DNA from: an uncultured delta proteobacterium
Lineage (GTDB): Bacteria; Desulfobacterota; RBG-13-43-22
Length of the DNA stretch: 64,000 nt
Direction: 5' to 3'
NCBI GenBank assembly: GCA_963790475.1
Contig: CAWBOS010000010.1
Location: 1,408,001-1,472,000 of the forward strand
Part shown: positions 19,624 through 27,928 of the stretch, piece by piece
Layout of the letters: every line of letters begins with the position of its first letter
Position numbering within the stretch: position 1 is the first letter of the stretch
Notes under the pieces: model-generated
Told to the model about the DNA's origin: nothing
Databases searched by the model: none
The model's input: the letters and a program-made list of their open reading frames with translations, nothing else
Position numbers and translations under genes: made by a program

Positions 19624-21591
19624 ATGAAAGACTTATTCCAGAGGATATTTCCCTTTTTAGCCCTGTTGGTCTTCCTCCTTTTTATCGGACAGCTTTGGAA
19701 AAATTACAACCCATCCTACCTGGCCTATCAAAAACAGTTTAAAACCCTCCTCATCCAAAAGACCGCCCCGAAAGGAAAAGTCCCTGATTTTAAATTCGGG
19801 GTCAGACAGCGCTGGATTGAAAAATTAAAAAAAACCGATCGCTGCGAGACCTGCCATCTCGGGCTGGAAGACCCGCGGTTTCAAAATGCCTCTCAGCCTT
19901 TTCGCTCCCATCCCGATTTGGGTGAACACGATTTCGAAAAATTCGGCTGCACGGTCTGCCACGGGGGTCAAGGATGGGCCACGCCTTTAAAGGATGCTCA
20001 CGGTCCGGTGGAGAATTGGAATCAGGCCATCTACCATCAGGTCTTCATGGAAAACGCCTGCGGTCTGTGTCACGGCGAGACCATCCAGGATCAGGCGCCG
20101 GTTTTGGCCAAAGGCCGATCCTTTTTTAACGACTACGGCTGCCGAGGCTGCCACCTGGTCAGGGGAAAAGAAAGGGTCATGGTGGGGCCGCCGCTGGATC
20201 GGATGAGCCAGCGGGTCAAACCCGATTGGCTCTATCGATGGGTCCTGAATCCTAAAAGTTATCTTCCCCGGACCAAGATGCCCAATCCCCTATTTTCTCC
20301 CCAGCAAACGGCGGACGTGGCCGCTTATCTCTTTCAAGGCGGAAACCCGAACCCACTGGAGGCCAAAGTGGGCAAATCCACCGAAGAAGGCAAAACAATT
20401 TTCAAGGATTCCCGTTGTGTCAGCTGCCATTCCGTTGAAGGGAAAGGGGGGACCCTGGCGGCTGAACTCAGCAAGATCTCCTCCAAAATGGTTCGGGAGC
20501 GACTGATTCGAATCATCAAAAATCCTCATGAGCTCTGGGCCGCTTCACAGATGCCTATTTATGGTTTTTCCGATCAAGAAGTCTTCAAGATCGTTGATTT
20601 TTTGAAGGGAGAATATATCGACCTGGACCTGGATGAAAGCCAGGCCGCCGCTCAGGCCCGGATGGTTCAGAGCGGCAATAAGCTCCGGGGAAAAGAATTA
20701 ATCGAAAAACAGGGTTGTACCGGTTGCCATACCAAGATAGAGGGCGTTAAGGATCGCGGCGAAATCGGTTTAGAGCTGACAACCATAGGGGGAATCCATA
20801 TCAGCCATCTGGATTTTGGCCGTGTCCGGGTCGCGCCCAAAGATCAGACAGTCCCCAATTGGCTGTATAATAAAATGAAAAACCCCAGGCTCTTCAAAAC
20901 GGATTTGAAGATGCCCGATTACTCTTTCAGCGACCGGGAAGCCGAGGCTGTAACCACTTATCTGTTGGGTATGAAAGGTCAGGAGGTCCCAGCCGCCTAC
21001 ACTCTTCCTTTGGGAGAAAAGCCCTCGACCTACGCCCCCCAGGGAAAATTCGGCCAGGTCCTGGACAAGTACCGGTGTTTTACCTGTCATAAAATCAATG
21101 GAAAAGGCGGGGAAATGGCGACCGACCTCTCCCAGGAAGGGAGCCGGGTCAAAAAGACCTGGCTGCAGAAATTTATGAAGGCCCCTGACACCATCCGGCC
21201 CATTTTAGTGGAACGTATGCCGCCTTTTAAAATTCAGGATTCGGAAATCGAAACCCTTTATACCTATTTTGAGGCATCCCTGGTGGATGACCGGGTTGAG
21301 AACCTGACCGGTGCGGTCAATGCAAAAATCTTAGGCGATCCGAAGATGATCCAGACCGGTAAAGACCTCTACAGTAAGAAATATGCCTGCCAGACCTGTC
21401 ATCAAATCAATCATCTGGGTGGGTTAATCGGGCCGGACCTGACCAAGGTCGGGGACAGGCTGAGGCTCGAATGGATCCTTTATTATCTACGCGATCCCAA
21501 AGCCTTTGTCAAACGGTCGGTTGAGCCGGCTTATAAGCTGACCGATAAAGAAGTCGAGGCCCTGGCAGCTTATCTGGCCTCTCCCAAGTAA
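19624..21591 (+). CDS. Membrane-anchored multiheme cytochrome c (8 CxxCH)
   Basis: CETCH, CTVCH, CGLCH, CRGCH, CVSCH, CTGCH, CFTCH and CQTCH; N-terminal TM helix. Confidence 0.93.
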   Translation: MKDLFQRIFPFLALLVFLLFIGQLWKNYNPSYLAYQKQFKTLLIQKTAPKGKVPDFKFGVRQRWIEKLKKTDRCETCHLGLEDPRFQNASQPFRSHPDLGEHDFEKFGCTVCHGGQGWATPLKDAHGPVENWNQAIYHQVFMENACGLCHGETIQDQAPVLAKGRSFFNDYGCRGCHLVRGKERVMVGPPLDRMSQRVKPDWLYRWVLNPKSYLPRTKMPNPLFSPQQTADVAAYLFQGGNPNPLEAKVGKSTEEGKTIFKDSRCVSCHSVEGKGGTLAAELSKISSKMVRERLIRIIKNPHELWAASQMPIYGFSDQEVFKIVDFLKGEYIDLDLDESQAAAQARMVQSGNKLRGKELIEKQGCTGCHTKIEGVKDRGEIGLELTTIGGIHISHLDFGRVRVAPKDQTVPNWLYNKMKNPRLFKTDLKMPDYSFSDREAEAVTTYLLGMKGQEVPAAYTLPLGEKPSTYAPQGKFGQVLDKYRCFTCHKINGKGGEMATDLSQEGSRVKKTWLQKFMKAPDTIRPILVERMPPFKIQDSEIETLYTYFEASLVDDRVENLTGAVNAKILGDPKMIQTGKDLYSKKYACQTCHQINHLGGLIGPDLTKVGDRLRLEWILYYLRDPKAFVKRSVEPAYKLTDKEVEALAAYLASPK

Positions 21592-21630
21592 CGGTAAGAT
21601 GGATTCCGGTCCGGATGAAAATCTGAAGGA

Positions 21631-22098
21631 ATGGACATGATAAAAAACTTATCCCTCCTGATATTGGTCAGCGCTGCGATCCTTTTTATTCTGAATCCGC
21701 CGGGAGAGTGTCAAAAAACCCCGTCCCAAATTCCCAAAACCCAGGGGGGAAATCCCAAATTCTTGCTTCCCCAAAAACACAGCCAACTTACCTTTTCTGA
21801 AAAAAAAGGAAAGGCCTTATATGACTATTATTGCGTCCTTTGTCACGGAACCGGCGGAAATGGAGATGGCTTCAATTCCTATACCTTGACCACCCCGCCG
21901 GCTAAACTGGCCGACCCGAACCTGATGTCCAGGCTTTCCGATGCCCAGATTATGGCAGTTGTTAAAAAAGGAGGGGCGGTCCTCGGCCTTTCCCTCCAGA
22001 TGCCCTCTTGGGGTGACTTGTTTAAGGTTCAGGATCTTAACGCTCTGATAGCCTATGTGCGAACCCTTTCCAAACCCGGCAACCCCACCAATCCTTGA
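21631..22098 (+). CDS. Periplasmic monoheme class I cytochrome c
   Basis: Signal peptide, CVLCHG..G.GDG and distal QMPSWG. Confidence 0.9.
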   Translation: MDMIKNLSLLILVSAAILFILNPPGECQKTPSQIPKTQGGNPKFLLPQKHSQLTFSEKKGKALYDYYCVLCHGTGGNGDGFNSYTLTTPPAKLADPNLMSRLSDAQIMAVVKKGGAVLGLSLQMPSWGDLFKVQDLNALIAYVRTLSKPGNPTNP

Positions 22099-22134
22099 AA
22101 AAAGGAAAATCAAAAAAACGCGCATCGAATAAAA

Positions 22135-22490
22135 TCACTTAAGATAAGCGGTAAAAAGGTTGGGTCCGTTAAAGTCCCGGCCGGCGGAAAGCAGGATATG
22201 ATGGTCTTCGGTAAGATTGATGATGGCTCCCACTTGAAATCCGTTACTTTCATCCCCGCCTTCACGACTGGCGCTCCGGTGAAACACCTCGGCCCCCAAA
22301 GTAAACTGTTTAGTAATCTCTCGCTGTACCAGCCAGCCGAAAAACCACCAATCTTTATTGCCCTCTCCCGGATTGATCCAATAGCCTCCCCCGCTATAGG
22401 AGGTCCACGGCCCCCAACTCTTCTGGAACCATAAAGGCAGATAGATCTGGGTCTCCCCGCTGCCCAATCCCTTTTTCTGGTCACCGGTTA
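22135..22490 (-). pseudogene. 3' fragment of an outer-membrane beta-barrel-type protein gene
   Basis: TGD..KGLGSG...LPLWFQKSWGPWTSY.GGGYWINPG...LLSAGR strands, with no N-terminus or signal peptide. Confidence 0.6.
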
Positions 22491-22660
22491 AATATTTTTC
22501 CTTCTCCATTTTATGTAAGGATCGGGTAAACAGTCCCCGGGCTCAAATGATATCCCTGATGTCTTAATTTCTGCATTAACCATAATCCATATGTCGGTCC
22601 CTTGGCAGCATGATACAGCATATGGATCCTGACGAACCCCAACTGTAATTCTTTGATCAT
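22491..22660 (-). pseudogene. PadR-family regulator remnant (frameshifted and truncated)
   Basis: MIKELQLGFVRIHMLYHAAKGPTYGLWLMQKLRHQGYHLSPGTVYPIL, then one extra base before HKMEKEKYL; GTVYPIL is the PadR recognition motif. Confidence 0.75.
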
Positions 22661-23108
22661 TCCCCCCTGTTTTCCATTTCGATAACGGATTTAGTTTACG
22701 GAACTCGATATTGGTTATTTAAAATAAATGTTTCAGGGAAAAAGTAAATACTAACTTTAATCTATTTTTTAGGACAGAAACCGGTAATTACCAGGTAACT
22801 AAGAAATCCGGGGGAAAATAAGATGGGCAGAAAAGAATGAGGAATTTTTCACGGGCGGAGGGTTTGAAGTCCAGGAATCAATGTCCCTTGTGGGACTGAA
22901 AAAAAGAATAAACGACTACTGACCTTGTCATTCGCGGTTGCCCTTCCAGAGCCGAGGTTGCTCTTTTCTTATTTGATTCTTCGTGCTGCCTATAGGGGCG
23001 GGCCTTTTCCGGGCCCGGCAACCGAACCCATCCTTGGAAACAGAAAAAGCAGAGAAACGCCCAGTAAAGACCGACCGGTTTTCCCCCTGACTTGGGGCCC
23101 CCACCCCT

Positions 23109-24023
23109 CTATCGGGTCGCTTTAAAGGACCGGCTTCGCACCGCTTCTTCCAGGCTCTTTAATATATCATCGCACTGAGCGGTAATTTTTCGCTTTCGGC
23201 CCAGAGACAATTCAAAAGATTTGATATTGGTGTTCTGTCGGGAAAGTTCAATCACCTGAGCGGTTACTTGGGAAAGTTCTCCATAAGCCGTTTTGGCTTT
23301 TTGTAAGAAAACCATTTTCCCCCGGGGGACCAGGGGTATTAACCGGGTTAAAACCGAGGAAATGATGGCTTCGTTTTGTTTTATCTCTTTTTCGATTTTG
23401 TCCATCTGGTCATCATTGGCTGCGGCAATATGCGGGGCATGGAGGTAATGGATCTGGATCCCGGCCATCATGGCCTTGGAAACTAATTGGGTTATTTGAG
23501 GATCCTCTTTGACTGACTCCTGATTTGAAATTAAGGAATAAAGAGCCTCTTCAAAATCCTTCACCGCCTCACTGCCTTTATGAAAAGAAAGATTGGCCGC
23601 CTTGATATTGGTATTTTTAACGGCAAAATCCAGAAGCACCTGGTCAATTTTACGAAACTCCGCCCAACAGCGCTCGAATTCCTGGAACAGTTTCATTTCC
23701 CGGTCCGTGGGGTCCTTTTTGATCAACAAGTCCAGTTCGAGTCGATCCTTTTCCAGGGCATCGGCCGCCCTCAGGGATTCAGCGGCATAGCCCCTTGATG
23801 ACTCGTCCGTATCGGCCATGACCGCCATCTTTTCAGCTTCGACGGATTTTAAAAGGTTTATTCGCATTCGGGCCAGGACATCCATTTTTTTAGTCATAAG
23901 GCCCATGACATCCTTGATGTCTAAATTGATATTGATAAGGTTATATTTAATCCCGATGGCCGTCACAATCGAGAGCAGAACCAGGACAACCAGGACAATC
24001 CATAGCCCCCTTGCTCTTTTCAT
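23109..24023 (-). CDS. Stand-alone membrane-anchored four-helix-bundle (MCP-type) sensor-domain protein
   Basis: One N-terminal TM helix followed by two helical repeats (NTNIKAANLS / NTNIKSFELS); no signalling domain; GGGAG RBS before ATG 24023. Confidence 0.7.
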   Translation of the reverse strand: MKRARGLWIVLVVLVLLSIVTAIGIKYNLININLDIKDVMGLMTKKMDVLARMRINLLKSVEAEKMAVMADTDESSRGYAAESLRAADALEKDRLELDLLIKKDPTDREMKLFQEFERCWAEFRKIDQVLLDFAVKNTNIKAANLSFHKGSEAVKDFEEALYSLISNQESVKEDPQITQLVSKAMMAGIQIHYLHAPHIAAANDDQMDKIEKEIKQNEAIISSVLTRLIPLVPRGKMVFLQKAKTAYGELSQVTAQVIELSRQNTNIKSFELSLGRKRKITAQCDDILKSLEEAVRSRSFKATR

Positions 24024-24036
24024 TAATCTTCTCCCA

Positions 24037-25897
24037 TTATGTTTGTTTCGGTTCCACCTGAACCGGCTGTTTAAAATAATGGATATCAAATTCAAAGCTC
24101 GGGAAGAGCCGCGGAAGTCTCATCAGGTTAAAAACCATAACCCCGATGGACAATCGCTCCCACCAGGAAGACATGGGCCAGCCTAAATGAACCACCACCT
24201 GACGATCACCCATTTCATATTCCACCACCCGCAGTATGGCCACCAGGCGATGATAACAGGCTGATTTTGGACAAAGGAAAACGAAATTGATTGGACACTG
24301 TTTTGGGAGGCAGACCCCCCACCCGAGGAGAATAAAAAGTAATATAGGCTTCATTTCCCCTGGGCTGGACCTGGCCGGTTTCCTGGGATCTTCTAAAGTA
24401 AAGATGAATATCGGACTCCTCGGACTCGGCCAGATGGAGAATCATCTCCATTTCGTTTTCCCCCTGCTCGATCTCTTTGATCTCCGGAGACCGTTTCTTG
24501 GCCACCCAAAATCCAAGAAGGAGCATCACCCCGGTCACCGTGCCCCAGAGCATGGTCGCCTGCGGTTTGTCGATAGCCAGGAAAATAAAACAGCTGACCA
24601 GAATGACCCAGAGAATGAGGGTGCCGAGACGGCTGGTGGAATAGGTGATCCCTTCCCCCTTCCCTTGAAAATAGCGGTAGATGATAAGAGAGCCCATGTT
24701 GATGCAGAAAGAGGCCAGAAGGCCCAGGGCATACATGTTGGCCAGTTGCGCCTGACTCCCCATCGTCAGCAGAACAATAAAAGAAAAAAATACGGCACTG
24801 GACAAATGAATACGGTACAGGGATTGTCTTCGATTGGTGGCGATCAGCCAATAAAAGCCGTAGCGGTGGGCCACCCGTTCCATCAGTTCACTGGAGGCCA
24901 CAAAGGCGGTATTAACGGCCATGGTCAAAGTGAAGCTGGCCAGGGCACCGACGATCAGACCAAAAGGGACGCCATTAAGCAAGGTGGCGTAATGGGTGAT
25001 CAGGTCGCCTTCGTGGGCCTTAAAATCGATTCGGGTGGATAAGACCAGAACAGCCACCAGAGGAGTCACCACCCCCACGGTAAAGGCCAGAAACCAATAG
25101 GCCTTGCGGATTTCTTTCCAACTGCGCACAAATCCGGCCGTTTGGAGAACGGATTCGACCCCGGAGTAGGCCAGGATACAAAAGGCAATGCTGGAGATGA
25201 AATGATCGTAATTCTTTACTATCGAGCCGGTGTTCAGATGGGTTACAGCCTGACTGGTGGCCAGATGTATTTGGCTGAGAGAATCTTGGTCCAGATTTAA
25301 GATCCCGGAGGCGATCAGGTTAAGCATAACAAACGCCGCACCGATAAAGATCATAAAAGTAAACCGGGCATTTTCCCTGATCCCGGAAATATTCAAACCG
25401 GCCACGGCCCAGATGATGGCCAGCACAAGGATCAAAGCCGTTGATGGCGGAATGGGGAAAAAGGAGGTGGCATTGGAGACCGCACTGACCGCTGATATAC
25501 AGGCGGTGAGGATGTAATCGACCATGATCGAAGACACGGCCACAAAGGACATCATGGGACCCAAAACCAGATAAGAGAAGGAATAGACCCCGCCGCCTAT
25601 GAGATGTTGGTGTTCGAGGATTTCGGCAATTTCCGTGAGCCGGGTGCTGATAAAACGGATCAGCAGGCTGGTGACGGCGATAAAGAGGATGGCACTTAAA
25701 CCGATAAAACGGAAGGCTTCAGCCGGGGCATAAAAGATGGATGTAAATTCATCCATCAGGGTAATGACCCCAATGGACAAATAGGTGAGCCAGATCCGTC
25801 CCCCCTGATGATAGGAGAGGAGATTGCGCTGCCGAAACAGATAAACAAAGAAGACAACCAGACCGATGTTAAGCAGGGCAAGAACAATAAATTTCAT
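24037..25897 (-). CDS. APC-superfamily transporter, KimA/YdaO-like candidate K+ importer; single-base frameshift near 24255
   Basis: Polytopic membrane protein with GGGVYSFS, MVDYILTACISAVSAV and LAYSGVES motifs. The C-terminus continues in ORF 24037..24354 (...ISL-YHRLVAILRVVEYE...). Preceded by a c-di-AMP riboswitch. Confidence 0.75.
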
Positions 25898-25902
25898 CGA
25901 TA

Positions 25903-26065
25903 CACCCTTTCCGGACTGCGAGGTTAGCTGACGGGCTCGGGCAGGATGTAACTGTCTCCCTACCGTAAGAACGGATTCGCCCCGATAGATCGGGTCCCCC
26001 GCTTCTCCGAGTTGGCCCCAGAGAATTCGCCGGTCGTCCGGCCTGTACCCGGATAACGGAGGGTA
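25903..26065 (-). ncRNA. c-di-AMP (ydaO/yuaA) riboswitch
   Basis: Minus strand reads ...GCGAAUUC...CGGGGGACCC...GGGGCGAAUCC...GGUAGGG...CCCGAGCCCGUCAGCUAACCUCG...GGAAAGGGUG, the conserved ydaO blocks in the expected order, ending at the RBS of the KimA-like gene. Confidence 0.85.
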
Positions 26066-26198
26066 ATGTAAACCATTTAAAAGAGATGTCAACGAAAAAA
26101 CAGCCTCCCAGGGGAATGCCTCCGAAAATGCCCTCCACTTTGGAATATTTGCACTATCGGTTGACTTGTGTTAGGATCGATCCTAAGTTATTTCAAAA

Positions 26199-26364
26199 TG
26201 ATGGACTCGTAAAGAGTCCATCAACAGACCCCGCCAAAGGCGGGGTTAAGTCCCGGCACTTGAATTCACTTCAAGTGCCGGGAGAGTCCCGCCATTTGGC
26301 GATAACAGGGGCGGGATTACCCGCCTCGTGAAAAGTTGTTTTTTGACTTTTTGCGAGGTTATCA
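26199..26364. mobile_element. MITE-like element of the CGTAAAAAGTC/GACTTTTT family
   Basis: Imperfect 20-bp IR TGATGGACTCGTAAAGAGTC / GACTTTTTGCGAGGTTATCA. Confidence 0.65.
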
Positions 26365-26397
26365 AGAATAGACCAATTCAGTTAAAAGGAATCATTC

Positions 26398-27723
26398 ATG
26401 GCATTTATTGTAGCCATTGTCGGCGCGCCCAATGTCGGCAAGTCGACCCTCTTTAACCGCCTGATTCGGAGAAAAAAGGCCATCGTGGATGATCAACCCG
26501 GGGTCACCAGGGATCGTAATTTTCAAGAAGTTATCTGGGAAGGCAAGCCCATCATCCTGGTCGATACCGGCGGCTTCGAATGGGATAAAAAAAGCGAAAT
26601 GGATACGGGCCTGAGAGAACAGATTGAAATAGCCCTGGGGGAGGCTGACCTGATCGTCTTTGTAGGAGATGGACAAAAAGGCCTGACCACGGCCGACGAG
26701 CAGGTCATCCATCGTTTACGAAAGACATCCAAACCGGTCATTTTTACGGTCAATAAAATTGATAATCCAAAAATAGGCGAAGGTCTGGCAGAATATCATC
26801 GTCTGGGGATGGATACCCCCTTACCGCTCTCCGCTCTCCACGGAAACGGGGTATCGGCCTTGATGGGCACCATCAGCGCCCATTTGCCTCCCCTGGAGGA
26901 ACCTGTCGGGGAGGAAAAACGGGTTCGTCTGACCGTTATCGGCCGGCCCAATGTCGGCAAATCCTCCCTAGTCAATTCCATTTTGGGGTTTGAACGAGTT
27001 TTGGTGAGTCCCGAACCGGGAACGACACGGGACGTCATAGACACCCCCTTTGAATATAAGGACCGAAAATATCTCCTGATCGATACCGCCGGAATCCGCC
27101 GCAAGGCCCGGATTGCTCAGCGACTGGAGAAATTTTCCGTTCTCGGGGCCATCAAGGGGATTGACCAATGTGATTTGGCCGTCATGCTTTTGGACGCCAC
27201 CCAGGGCGTAACCGACCAGGATGCCCGCATAGCCGGTCTGGCCTTTGAAAAGGGCAAAGCGGTCATTGTCGGTGTGAACAAATGGGACCTGATCCAAAAG
27301 GACCTGAAAAACAAAAAACAGTTTCTGGAAGACATCCGTTATCACCTCAAATATCTTTCCTTTGCCCCGATCCTGCCCATCTCGGCCAAAACCGGTCTGG
27401 GAAGGGAAAAGCTTTTGAATACCGTCCATGAAGTCTACCGTCAATATACCAGACGGGTGGACACCGGCCCCTTGAACCAGGCCTTGAAAACTATTTTGGC
27501 CGGACACTCCCTGCCTTTACGGGGCGGTCAGCGGGTCAAAATCTACTTTGCCACTCAGGTGGAAATAAAACCTCCTACTTTCGTTTTATTCGCCAACTAT
27601 CCGGAAAACATCCATTTTTCCTATCAGCGCTATCTGACGAATCAGCTCCGGGAACATTTCCGATTCACCCTGTGTCCGATTAAGATTATTTTTCGGAAGA
27701 GGGAAAAACAGGAACAGGGATAA
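26398..27723 (+). CDS. der: Ribosome biogenesis GTPase Der (EngA)
   Basis: Tandem G-domains (GAPNVGKS, GRPNVGKS), DTGG/DTAG, NKID/NKWD and a KH-like C-terminus. Confidence 0.97.
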   Translation: MAFIVAIVGAPNVGKSTLFNRLIRRKKAIVDDQPGVTRDRNFQEVIWEGKPIILVDTGGFEWDKKSEMDTGLREQIEIALGEADLIVFVGDGQKGLTTADEQVIHRLRKTSKPVIFTVNKIDNPKIGEGLAEYHRLGMDTPLPLSALHGNGVSALMGTISAHLPPLEEPVGEEKRVRLTVIGRPNVGKSSLVNSILGFERVLVSPEPGTTRDVIDTPFEYKDRKYLLIDTAGIRRKARIAQRLEKFSVLGAIKGIDQCDLAVMLLDATQGVTDQDARIAGLAFEKGKAVIVGVNKWDLIQKDLKNKKQFLEDIRYHLKYLSFAPILPISAKTGLGREKLLNTVHEVYRQYTRRVDTGPLNQALKTILAGHSLPLRGGQRVKIYFATQVEIKPPTFVLFANYPENIHFSYQRYLTNQLREHFRFTLCPIKIIFRKREKQEQG

Positions 27724-27857
27724 CAGAATCAGAAATACTTTTAACATCATGTTTTACATTAGATGATTGGTATAACTATTCTGTTTTTAGAAGATAAAAT
27801 AATATAAGTTTTTTATATCAATGAGGGACGTTATTTCATAAAAAAGATGTCGCGGGT

Positions 27858-27898
27858 TTGACAAAGCCCTGATTCGGATTATCATAAGATTATCATAA
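27858..27898 (+). promoter_or_regulatory. Putative copA promoter (TTGACA-16 bp-TATCAT) overlapped by a tandem GATTATCATAA repeat
   Basis: Direct reading; the reverse strand contains GATAAT hexamers like a Fur-family box. Confidence 0.45.
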
Positions 27899-27928
27899 TA
27901 AAGAAAGAAAAAACAATTAAGGATAAAC

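Noticed and set aside
22925-23108. GC-rich hairpins downstream of the 4HB gene as a second c-di-AMP riboswitch
   Set aside because: The GUCAGCUAAC and GGGGNGAAUC blocks are absent on both strands.
25898-26092. 65-aa N-terminal extension of ORF 24215..26092
   Set aside because: It runs through the riboswitch; the better start is ATG 25897 with its own RBS.
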